Made by a program: the position numbers and the translations under genes. Source: Lingula anatina (taxonomy: Eukaryota; Animalia; Brachiopoda). Taken from it: a stretch of DNA of 64,000 nt. The notes below the pieces were generated by a model. That model did no database searches and was not told where the DNA came from. It was given only the letters and a program-made list of their open reading frames with translations. Shown here piece after piece: positions 1 through 11,851 of this stretch. Position 1 is the stretch's first letter. Every line of letters begins with the position of its first letter. The stretch is from positions 4,774,001 to 4,838,000 of the forward strand of contig CM120646.1 in assembly GCA_051362555.1 (NCBI GenBank), written 5' to 3'.

Positions 1-2324
1 TACGTGTCTAGTAATAAATAAATAAATTAATAAATTGATTAATTAATAAAAATAAATACATCGTTTTGTGGAATGTGTACGTGCAAGAAATATTTGGATT
101 GCATTTGAAAACTGGTGGAACATTCCGAATAATGCCATACACTTCAGAAAAAATGAAAAAAACTATAATGTACGGGTGTCTGTCAAGCGACCAGCGCGTA
201 AAAGCTTTAAATTTCTGTATTATTGTGGCTAAACAATTCATAAACAAAAATTCAGAAAATCCATCAGTCTATGATTTTGAACTGTTTCTGCATTTTCTTA
301 GCCAGAAGAAGAAAATAGAAAAATACATTGCTATAAAGACAGGAAAAGAAGATAGGTTTAATACAAAATGGAAACTCATTCCTACCATAACGTGTTAAAA
401 ATTTCACCTCTAGTACGCTATAGTTGCCGTTATGTAGTTCACAACAAGCATGTATACGTGTAGTATGTATGGATGAATGAGTGAGTGAAAGTATGTCTAT
501 ATATTTATGTTCTCATTTATTTATCTGCATTTAATTACGGTAATTATTATCAGTATTTTATGCATTTAATCTTTGATTATCTATCTAAATATTTCATTAT
601 ATATGTTATAGTTGCCGATATGTAGCTCACAACAAGCGACAAGCGACATCAATACGCGTAGTATGCATGGATGGATGAGTGAGTGAGAGTATTTCTATAT
701 ATCTACGCTCTTTTTATTTATCTATAAGTATTTAATTACCGTAATTATCATCAGCATTGTTTTACATGCATTCAATCTTTGATTATCTGTTTAAATATTT
801 CATTATGTATGTATATTTTCTTTTTTTTTTCTTTGAGTGAATAAACGCATAAAAAAAATTAATAAAATAAATTAATGAAGAAGAATTATCCATAACCAAA
901 CTCCACGTGTCCAGCGTTGTGTGCGATATAAATTTAAGATAAGAGCTTAAATTCTAAAATATATAATCTGAAACTGCCAATTAAACACTTTAAAATTCAG
1001 AACTTAAACATTCCAAGCAAAACCGCCAGTTACTGCGACATTAACATTTAGCGGTAAGGAAGTTTTTTCATAAACTTTTCAATCAAACCAAGGGTGTTGA
1101 AACGCCTTGGACAGTTCAATAGTGGTTCCTTCTGATGACAAATAAAATATTTTCTCGAGTAACTCTGATAACGCTTTTAATACTTAATCTAAAGCAAACA
1201 ATTTAGCCAATTTTAGCCGATTTGGCAAGTATTTTAGACTAAGCACCCCAACTAGATAATGGAAAGGATATATATCATTGTGTATGTACACGTACAAAGA
1301 ACTTACCATCAGGGATATCCAGACCCTCAGGACCAAGCCTCATGCACATAACCTTTTTATAGATGTTCTTCTGCTTGGCCTTTTCAAGCATTTTACTACA
1401 CATGTCGAAGGCATGGAGGTTGTGGAAACCACGCTTTGTCAGCTAGAATATACAACATGTAAATATTTAACTCATTTCCCCTGCCCAAACTGTGTGGACT
1501 ACTTTGGTTAAAAGGTGAGTCAAAGGGTATTTATCATCCCTGCCCAGGATAGAAGAATATGCAGACAATTAAACAAAGTGTACCGACGCGGTTGCATTTT
1601 TGCTGGCGGTTAACGTGGAGCCAGTATTAACGTGAGTACTAATAGATGATAACTGGTATACCGTGATGATACCAAGTGTGCTTAAATATAAAGATATGTT
1701 AAGATGTAACTAACTCAGCGACATACTAATCACCTCTATGCCCCCTAAACCGGTTCCGCAGGCGGCCTCCAAAATAAGCGCATCTTTGTTGTTCTTTAAG
1801 CATTTTTCTAATTCGGCTGCACAGACACTTGGTTGAGTGTAGTTTAGAGTAACCATATCCTAGGAAGATTTAAACATATATGTCCAATGATAATATCAGT
1901 ATCATACCAAAGCATATTCCTATCAAATAGTTTAATTGATAAATATATTTTTCACGTTATTCATATATGTACCCGCCAAGCTCAGAGTAACCCATTTTTC
2001 TGACAATCGAAGTGATTGCTATAAAGTGGATGATCTGAGATTGGATTAAGTTTTTTGTCTCTCTATTAAAAAGATTTATCTAAAGAAACAGGAAATAAAA
2101 TGGAGTCTCGAAGAAATTAATATTGATCCAATGCAACAATCTGCAGCTCTCAAGGTCGATGGGTAAGCAAAGTATTATCAAAACCAAATCACGTAACATT
2201 TCAACTTTACCTTATCATATTCTTCTGCCCATTTTGCGTAAACTTTTTCCACTCCTTCGCTATCGATACCAGGTTTCTCAAGCTCGTTCAAAATTGGTAG
2301 AGACTGCTCCACTTGCTTGGCCAT
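1..2324 (-). CDS. METTL27: METTL27/WBSCR27-like class I SAM methyltransferase, copy 1 (3' part outside window)
   Basis: Exons 2324-2211, 1859-1734, 1442-1307 and 7-1 (truncated), all with GT-AG boundaries and consistent phases. Translation begins MAKQVEQSLPILNELEKPGIDSEGVEKVYAKWAEEYDKDMVTLNY and includes motif I ILEAACGTG and AFDMCSKMLEKAKQKNIY. Confidence 0.85.
58..858 (+). mobile_element. 5'-truncated L1/Tx1-type LINE 3' end in intron 3 of methyltransferase copy 1
   Basis: ORF 66-398 resembles the ORF2 C-terminus (NFCIIVAKQFI...IEKYIA...FNTKWK). It is followed by a 3'UTR with a ~190-bp tandem duplication (~417-605 and ~608-815) and an A-tail near 851. AATTAATAAAA occurs on both flanks, and the segment is absent from the paralogous introns. 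Confidence 0.7.
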
Positions 2325-3500
2325 ATTTTTCTTCACGCGTTGAGGTTTGTTGTATTATGCTCTTTCAAACCTGCGTAAGCATTATGTATTGAACAAATGT
2401 AGGGCACAACGTGTGCATTCGACTCACGTACATATCGGTAGCTGTCTGCTCCAATGTGTGCACACATGTATAACTCCGGTTCACTAAGCATAACTCTTAA
2501 TAAAAAACTACATAAAAAATACATACATGAATGTGTTACCACGAAAACACCGTACATTCACCCTTAACTTTTATGCCACAAACACACATACTTATTATTA
2601 TTATTATTATATTCATACCCACCTCATCAAAACAACGAACGTCTACAAACGTGAATCATATTAGACTCCCTTTTGTCGAGGTGACTTTATTTAAGAAAAG
2701 ATAATTCTGCGTAGATTGGTAGTTCATGTGATTGCGATTGGGAGGGGGGACAGTATGTTTTGATACAATGGAAAGTAATGTTGTAGGTGAGATTGAGCTA
2801 CTCAGAATGTGCTTTCAAGCTATATAATAAGGCTAGGGTATTGAACAAATTCTAAGTGTATGAATTGCTTCCTGCTGAACGTATCTGAAGACATTTAAAG
2901 CCTTAAAACATATACTGTCAGATGAATGGCCTTAATCAATATCAGAAAAAATAATCGTAGACACTGTTCCCTGTTCAGGCTCAGTAGTCAGCCATCTTGA
3001 CACAATTTTAAAATAACGCGGGTCACGTACGGCTCGATAGTCTCGTGGCATCCGGAAATTGAGTCAATTAACGAAAACGCATTTGAATGTTTGCTTTTTC
3101 TAAAATGCAGAGTTAGGGCGAGTGGCAGATAAAGAAGTAAAAAAAAAAAAACGGTTAGTAAGGGGGGGGGGCGTTTGTTCTTGGGAAATTAAATTTATTA
3201 GATATGAGTTATGAGGCTTAGAAGACTTTAATTTTTTCAGATCGATTTCCATCTTCCTTCCACCATAAAGTCACGCCTTGAGAAAAAAGGGTGTATACTA
3301 GATTGTTATAGTGTAAGAATGTAGGAGAAAATATTAGCAACTCCATCCTTTAAATCTTAAACCTTTCAGTTATAAAAAATATGGAAAGAAAATTTGAAAT
3401 TGATTGATTTTTTACCGAATTCAAAATCTTAACATCTACCCCATGACCACCCAATGCTATTAAACAGTCAAATAATTTTGATCGTAATTTATCGGCAAAT

Positions 3501-3545
<45 letters not shown>

Positions 3546-4165
3546 ATATACTGTTTTAAGTAAACAAAGTCGCCACTCCAATGTCCATTCACTCGGCTCA
3601 AGTTGCATTTGCCTAATGTCTTCGATAATGCAGAATAGAGCTACACTGTGAACATAGCATTCACTTTCATCGAGTAAAACAGATATTTGTGCAAGACGTG
3701 ACCAATCTGTTGTATCATTCTGGTAACATTGAAAAATATCTGGTGTGAGCCGGTACCCTTGCTGTGTCATATACCGTATATGGGTTTTTATTGCAGGTAT
3801 GTATATATAACTTTTAAAGATTAACTCAAATTATACAAAAGCAAATAGGCCAGCTGTCTCTTATACACGTACATACGCCATATATACATGTAGAACCCTG
3901 TAGAATCTCCCTAGTTCCTAGAATTGTAAGCAGTTAAATATGAACTAGTTTAAAGTTGATGCTAAATTCCGTTGATAATAATTGCTTTTCCAAATTAAGT
4001 ACTTAATAGGAAGCACATTTAAGTTTGACTGTGAGGGGCAGAAAAAATAGCCGCGAGAATATTCCCATAGTTCACCATCTGCTTTTTGCGCTCATGACTA
4101 ACGTAGTTAAAGTAGGTGGGGACCACAGCTCCACCTCACCCCACCCCCACCTTTCCAAGACAACA

Positions 4166-7100
4166 TTACTTCACTTGAAACGCGTATTGCATTCCATCAA
4201 GACTGTTAAACGCGTTCTCCGCCTTTCGTCTGGTCAACGTGACCCAGCGTCCTGCCATGAGGAAGTCATCTATTAACTCATCCCAGCTCTTGCCTCCATA
4301 TTCACTGCCATTTATGTATTTAACAATGGTGTCCATAACCACGTAACCACCTGAAAGATAAAATAACTGAACAGCCATGGTTTCCCTTTTTGCAAATAGT
4401 TTTCCATTTTGATTATTAAAAAAGGGCTTTTTTTAAATTTGTCATCAGGTAATATGAATGTATTTCCAAATTGTACAATTGTTCTTGCTCGGTGTATATT
4501 TTTCTAGGGCGATATGATAATACTTTAAAAAAGGACGATGCATAATGTGTGCAACGCATTAATTATTTTGACTATGTACCTGTATAAAAAGGTACATTAG
4601 AAAACGTTTTTTTTTAAATAAAAATTTCTATATTCCAAAGTGGCGGCACTACTACATCCCCCAATCTCTATCTTTTCCAGAAGCTTTCACTCTCACTTAC
4701 TGCCTTCGAGGAAGCAACGGAAAACGAGGTGACAAAAATCATTCTAGATCCAAGAGGACATCATGCCCACTTTATCCTATACCGTCAACACTGCTCTCCC
4801 AGATTCTCCCTGCAATTATTGGTCTCATAACTCATATTGTAAACATTTGTTTTAGAACCGGGGATTTCCCCGAGTTGTTTAAACCTGCAATTATCCGTCC
4901 ATTATTGAAAAAGCCTAAACTAAATGCAAAACTTTTGCAAAAATACGTTATATATTTCTGTCTAAAGTGGTAGAGCGTGTGATCGCTGCAAGATTGTTCA
5001 GTCACTTAGATGCAAACAACATGGTAGAGAAAATGCAGTCGGTATACAAGGTGAACCACAACACCGAGTCAGCACTCCTTAGAATTTAAAATGATTTGCT
5101 CTGTGCTGTCGACAGTCAAACTACTGTTTCACTTGTTCCCTCGCATTCGACACTGTGGATCATTAGAAACTGTTGGGATAAAATATACAGCACTGCATCT
5201 TCTCCGTTCTTACCTTAATACAATAAGTATGCATGGACGGAGATTAGCTCAACATGTTTTTGGTGTTCCACAAGGCAGTGTGTTAGGACCACTCATATTC
5301 TGTATTTATACATTATCGCTTGGGGCAATCCTTCGTTTTCACGAGATCGGTTATCACATATATGCTGATGACTCTCAGCTTTACACATTCTGCAATATGA
5401 GATACCCTGAAACATCGGTTTCTAAAATAACTAACTGTATTTCTCACCTGAGGGGTGGATAATAAGAAAATAACTGACGAGGAAACTGAATTCCTAGTAA
5501 TATCTCAACCACACGATAGGAACATTGCCCGCAGTCTTAGCATGTCTATAGGTGCCACCGTTGTACAAGTCTCATCTCACGCAAAAAACCTGGGAGTCCA
5601 TTTTGACAGTACATTGTCCATGGACAGGCAAATTTCTTACGTATCCGAAACGTGCATGTTCAATATTAGAAACATTGGTTACTTACGAAAACATCTGACT
5701 GATTCTACTCCAGCAGCAGTTATACATACCCTAGTTACATCAAGACTTGACTACTGCAACTCCCTTTTTATATGGATCTTTGGAGGAAGAAAGCAAACGG
5801 CTGCAGCGTGCACAGAACATATCTGCTCGCCTACTGACCCGCACTCCAAAAGGCAACCACATCACCCCGTTTTAATAATGTTGCACTGGCTTCCTGTGCT
5901 AGCACGCAGTTTATTTAAACATTTAACATTTGCACATGCAGTATTTTACAAACTTGCACTCTCTTATTTAAATGAGCTAGTTTCGCACTATATACCAGCA
6001 CGAAATCTTACTGGGTCTTTCATACAGGTACGGTACCTAGTCAAAATAATCAATGCGTTGTACACATTACGTATCGTCCTTTTTTAAATTATTATCATAT
6101 CGCCCTAGAAAAATGTGTCATAAAATGAGACAAAGTGAATGTCGCCTTCACCTACCTGGTTTGACAATACGAATGAATTCTGCAAAGCAACTTCCATTCA
6201 TATGAGCATCACCTACCGCTCCTGTCATCATGACAGCATCGTACGTGTCTGGTAATAAATAGACAAAGAGTATTATAAAAAAAAAGAGTTCTCCACGGTG
6301 CCGGTGTTGTGTACGAGATAGACTTATGATAAGAGCTACATTATCAAATGTTTCATTTTAAATTGCCAATTAAACATGTTTAATTTGAAAAACACGGAAT
6401 ACTATTGCCAATTATTGGGACATTATATAACATTTAGCGGTAAGGATTTTTCATAAATCCTTTAAAAAACCAAAGGTAGAAAAATTTTAATGACAAATAA
6501 AATGTTTTTGAGGTTTTGTAAATGGTATGATTGTTAGACTTAAGTACTTAATAGGTATCACACTTTTTATACTTAAGTTGAAGTTTACAACTGAGTATGT
6601 CAATTGTATTAAGTATGTTTTTTATATATATTTACGAAGCTTGAATGAGTAGTTAATCTGGATATAATGTTTTGAATACTTCGCAAATACTTCATTATTA
6701 CATTACATTTTGATTCCATCTTTAAATGCGGCCACCAAATAAATTGGTAGGCCTATTTAGGCTATTAACAAAACAATGTTTTTGTCAAGAACTACATGTA
6801 TCAGAGACACATCTATGTGTGTATGTTTTTGTAAAATTCTATAAATTGGCAAACATTTTGCAATTGGAAGTTTGTCAAAACGAAGTACATGTAATTCTCC
6901 AGGTATTGTTTCACCATGGTAACGGCTATCACATTGTAACATTTGTCACCTTTAGCCGATTTGGCCATTATTTTACACTAAGCCCCCAGCTAGAGAGAAA
7001 AGGAAACACATAATATTGTGGTACATAATATGCAAGGTACATACCATCAGGGATATCCAGTCCCTCTGGACCAAGTCTAATACACATCACCTTTTTATAG

Positions 7101-8057
7101 ACATTCTTCTGCTTCGCCTTTTCAAGCATTTTACTACACATGTCGAAGGCATGGAGGTTGTGGAAACCACGCTTTGTCAACTAGAACATAAAACATGTAG
7201 ATATTTTAACTTTATTTCCCTTCCACCGGTAAAACGTGTGTCAAAAGGCATTTATCATCTCTGCCTAGTATTGAAGAATATGCTTATCATGAACCAAAGA
7301 AAACTGGATATAAGTGTACAAAAGCAGTGCCAACGTATCTGTCAGTTTTAACATTAAAATGTTCAGCCAGTATTAACGTGAGTACTAACAAATAGTAATC
7401 CATATACCCCTAACTCAGACATATTAATCACCTCTATGCCCCCTAAACCAGTTCCGCAGGCGACATCCAAAATAATTGCGTCTTTGTTATCCTTTAAGCA
7501 TTTTTCTATTTCGGCTGCGCCGACACTTGGTTGAGTGTACTTTAGAGTTACCATATCCTAGAAAGATTTAAACATATATGTCCAAAGTTAATAACAGCAT
7601 CATACCAAAGCATATTAACATCAAATGGTTTTATTGATAAATATATTTTTCATATTGTACCCCAAATTCAGGGTAACAATTCAGGGTGACAAACGAGGTT
7701 ATTGCTTTTAATTTACTTAGTAGATTATCTGAGCTTAGATTAAGGCACATGTAGTTTTTTTGTCTCTATTAAAAAAGTATTTATCAAAAGAAACAAGAAA
7801 TAGAATGGGATGTCGAAAAAATAGTATTGATCCAGTGGGGAAGGACAAGAATTTGATGAAAGGGTACGACAATCTGCAACCTTCAACGTCGATAGGTGAA
7901 CAAATTATTATCAAAACCGGATCACGTATCATTTCACCATTACCTTATCATATTCATGGGCCCATTTTGCGTAAACTTTTTCCACTCCCTCACTGTCGAT
8001 GCCTGGCTTCCCAAGCTCACCCAAGATTGGTAGAGACTGCTCCACTTGCTTGGCCAT
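4166..8057 (-). CDS. METTL27: METTL27/WBSCR27-like methyltransferase, copy 2 (217 aa, 5 exons)
   Basis: Exons 8057-7944, 7557-7432, 7180-7045, 6248-6156 and 4350-4166 give a 654-nt open frame. Motifs IILDVACGTG and DTYDAV...EFIRIVKPGGYVV are present. Confidence 0.9.
4498..6114. repeat. ~90-bp inverted repeat pair (4498-4585 / 6022-6114) bracketing the LINE fragment
   Basis: The left arm ATTTTTCTAGGGCGATATGATAAT...AAAAAAGGACGAT...CAACGCATT...ATTATTTTGACTA...GTACCTGTAT matches the reverse complement of 6022-6114 with scattered mismatches. Confidence 0.9.
4620..6010 (+). mobile_element. Degenerate L2/CR1-group LINE reverse transcriptase fragment in intron 4 of copy 2
   Basis: Frameshifted RT motifs: FKPAIIRPLLKKP, SKVVERVIAARL, GVPQGSVLGPLIF, YHIYADDSQLY, KNLGVHFD, TSRLDYCNSL, LHWLPV. 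Confidence 0.9.
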
Positions 8058-8062
8058 ATTTT

Positions 8063-8595
8063 AATATACAGACACTGTTACTGTCTGTATACATTCTGAT
8101 TGGTCTGTCTGTCCGCGTCGTCGCCGACACTGTCGCTGTCTGACACATGACGTTTGCCCATTAGTTCCAAACGGTATTTTGTTTTAAATCAGCATGATTG
8201 ATTTTTACATTTACGGTAATGATTAATGCTTTTTGCACAATTTTGGTGACGTTCGTCCCATAACAGCCAAACCGTATTTTTGTTTTACTTTAAATTTACC
8301 AAGTAGCTTTGTTTGGTAAAATCAGCATTATCTGTGTACATTTACGGTAATTATTCTGCTTTTATTATGTGTGAAATTTTCATTTTTCACACATTAGCAT
8401 TCTAAGTGGCTTTATACGACATAGGATTGAATCACTGGCTAGTTTTTCAATGTCCATATAAACTGGTACAAAATGAAAGAGGGCAAGGATAATCATGCTA
8501 TTTTAGAGCATTATGTAACAGCTAGTGAATCAAAACTGGCCGAAACATTATTTTGTGTACTTTTTACTATGTTATGTCTGTTATGTGCTGCCTAG
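8063..8595 (+). mobile_element. Helentron-associated (HINE/DINE-1-like) non-autonomous element
   Basis: 5' hairpin TATACAGACA-ctgttac-TGTCTGTATA (8065-8091), then a GTCT/GTCC microsatellite, internal ~100-bp tandem repeats, and a CTAG end in a T-rich site. Absent from copies 1 and 3. Confidence 0.6.
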
Positions 8596-8875
8596 TTCTT
8601 GTGTTAAGGTTTGTCGTATTATTCTGATTATAAAATCTGCGTAAGCGTTATGTGCTGTACAAATGTAGGACACAACCTGTGCATTCACCTCAGGTATACA
8701 GCCGTCTGCACCTTTGTGTGCATAACCTTGGCTACTACAGATGACTGTTAAAAAACTAGTGTGTGTATGCATGAAAACACTTTTAAGTTAAAACACTCAG
8801 CCTTAAAAACTGTATGCCACAAACACACCTGTTTTATTATTATTGCAATGTTCTGCTTCAACACACTCGGGTGCA

Positions 8876-8925
<50 letters not shown>

Positions 8926-9619
8926 GTTGTTGTTGTTGTTGTTATTTTTATTATTATTATTAATATTATTATTTATATTCACTCCCACCCCATCAAAACA
9001 AAAAAAGACTGCAAATCTGAGAAATATTTGACCTCCTTAGGTGAACGTGACTTGAAGAAAAAATAAATATTGTGTCACGTGATCAGGGGGTAAAATGTGT
9101 TGTGACATTGGATTGTATTGTAGTAGGTGAGATTGAGCTACTCAGGAAGATCAAATAAATGTGTTTTCAAGCCATATATAAGAGTGTTCCAAGCCAAGAT
9201 TTTAAACGCATTCAAAGTGCAAGAATCGCTTCTCCTTAAACTTATTAAAGGACAATTAAAACATAGACTGTGGCATGATATCGCACAAAAGAATCTTAGC
9301 CACCGTCTTCTGTTCAACCTTGGAAAATGTTTTTGATGACTTTTAAGGTTTTAATTTTTTTTTTCAGATTGATTTCGAAATATTTCAATTTTTTCTTCCA
9401 CCTTGAAGTCACTCTTGGAAAAAAAAAACAAATAGTGTAATAAACAAACAGAGGCAAGCATATTATCATTTATCCCTAATCCGTGTGTATCTATATATAT
9501 ATATTTATCAATTTTACCCGCTTTGGAATCTACAAATCTGCATCATGACCGCCACAAGCTGCTAAACAGTCAAAATAATTACACGTTATTTCTCAGAAAA
9601 TCATCTTTCCACTAAGGAC

Positions 9620-10960
9620 ATTCATGCAATGCATTCACTTATATAAAATGACAAGTGTGGAGTGTATGGATAGCCAACATTAATTGTCCTCTCAAGAATT
9701 TTCTACCAATTACCAATTACCAGTGTAATTTTTGCCTCCATGATCCTTCATTTCTGTAATGTTGCATCCCCATTTGTATATTTAAATTGATGATGTATTT
9801 GTTAACTTAATTGCGACAATAATGAAGGATTCTTAAATGGGTGCAACTATATGGAAGGAACACTTTCCATGAACAAGCGAATACTAGTACCCGGTATACG
9901 CAAGTCTGCAGTATGTAACATAAGAATTAGACACAATTTGTCGTCACCAATGGGACTCTGTCGCAGCTACAGCCACGGAGTCTTTGTTTATTGTAGCTCT
10001 CTTTTATATGGATTTCCCAAAAACAGCTAAAAAGACTACAGTGTATTCAAAGCATTTCTTCTAGTTTATTCACTCTTACATCTATGGTCAATCATTTCAC
10101 ACCGATTATAAAAGAATTGCATTGGCTGAGACGTCAAGCCGGGGTTATATTTAACTTCTTATAGCTTTTGTCCCTGATGCTTTTTACAAAGTGCTACCAA
10201 CTTACTGAAACGTTTTAGTTGTCCATTATGCTCCTATTAGTAATCTGAGACCAGCTATAAACTGTTACTGAAGCTTAAATTTTATGGAGACATCTCTTTT
10301 AAGTCAGCTGGTCAGGTGGAATGGAAAAGGCTACCAATTGAATTTTGTTCAATTGAATCAGCTGGTAAAAAAAGAGTTTAATCCTTATCTTTTCAGAAAA
10401 TTCCATTTTTGATTATCTTACTTTTAATTGGATTTTAAGCTTTTTTTATTTTTACATATCGTGGTAATTTTGTTATCAAGCACTTGTAAACTCTACTGAA
10501 CAACTGATCATTTTAAATGGATTTAAGAACTAAACTAAATGTAATAATTACAATGATAATATATTTTTAATAAGCGCACTATACATCGTCTCAGTGCTGT
10601 TTACAAATAAAATTATCAAAATTACAAATAATATATGAATACTAAAAATGTGGTGAATAAAACAATTAAAATAATTAATGCTGTTTATAATACTAATAAT
10701 CTAAATGATAAATCTTTTATGATAAAATGAGAAAATATATAATTTCAATTGGTAAAATAAATTGACGTTCTGTGTAAATAAGATTGTTTTAAAGTGTTTT
10801 AAAAACCTCAACACTATCAGTAGTCCGAATGTGTGAGGCATGTTCATTAAGAGGGTGCTGCAATTGAAAATACCCAGTGGCCGTAGGTTTTTGGATGTTT
10901 TTTGTTGTCATTCCTGTTTAAGCAAAGAGAAGAGGATCTGGTGGGCCTGGTTAGATTGGC
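9620..10960 (-). mobile_element. Highly degraded LINE remnants between methyltransferase copies 2 and 3
   Basis: Sequence is absent from the other repeat units. Minus-strand fragments loosely resemble RT motifs and an L2-type C-terminus (PHTFGL..FKTL). There is no long ORF. Confidence 0.35.
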
Positions 10961-11851
10961 GGAACTTGGGTTTGGTATAGAGTTAAATATAAAGGCATAA
11001 TATCATTATTATTATTGTTATAAATAGAAGTAGTAGTAGTACTAGTAGTAATGCTACGATTATTAATTTTTACATATAACTCTAATTGAGGAAAAAAAAA
11101 GGTTTCTAATTTCAAAGTTCAATTAATTCAACAGTTTTAAAGAAACTGTAATATTATGTAGGATATTCTTTTAAAAAGTGATATTTTTAATCAATGCTCA
11201 ATAGTCGAATACTCTATCTTAGTATTGCCAATTTTTCAATGATTTCACTTTAACATTTGAATTTTTCGGGAAATAAATGTTTCTCCCTTCTATGCAAATT
11301 TCCAATGCAAGGGGCCATGAAATGGTGAAGATACTGAATGTCAAATAATAGTGACTTTTTTAAACGCCTGATACACGATGCCTTACATTTACATCGTAAC
11401 ATGAACAACACTGTAAAGTAAATAAATAAAATGAAAATAAAAAGAAAGGGACCAGTGAGGCAAATATAACCTTCAAGGATTGACCAAAACTATACTAAAA
11501 CCGAATAGACTGTCATTCATAAACAATGCAAAATAAATTGTGCACGCACTATACATGTACATGCATGTAGAATCTTGTAGAACCTTTCCCGATTCCTAGA
11601 AGCAAATGTAAATGTAAATGTAAATTACTTTAAAGTTGATGCTAAATTTAGTTAGTAAGAATTGTTTTCCAAAGTAGTTTATATGTATAAGTTTTAATAG
11701 TTTGTTAGTGTGTTTGTATGGGGGTGTCTAACGATTAAGAAGAAACAGCAAGTAGCCACGAGAATATTCCCATAGCTTTCCTCCTGCTTTTTGTGCTCAT
11801 AGCTGACGTGGTTGGGATCCCCCCCCCCCCCCCCCCCAGACCTCATTCACT

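Noticed and set aside
1278-2392. Repeated plus-strand ORFs (also at 7016-8143 and 15017-15220)
   Set aside because: They are antisense to the methyltransferase exons and recur only because the gene is triplicated.
3489-3770. 93-aa ORF in a segment homologous to 16613-16850
   Set aside because: The two copies are open in different frames and each has stops in the other's frame. This is non-coding duplicated flank.
8761-9066. Poly-I/N/Y ORFs (also at 15320-15673 and 56834-57137)
   Set aside because: They are translations of (TAA)n/(TAT)n microsatellites.
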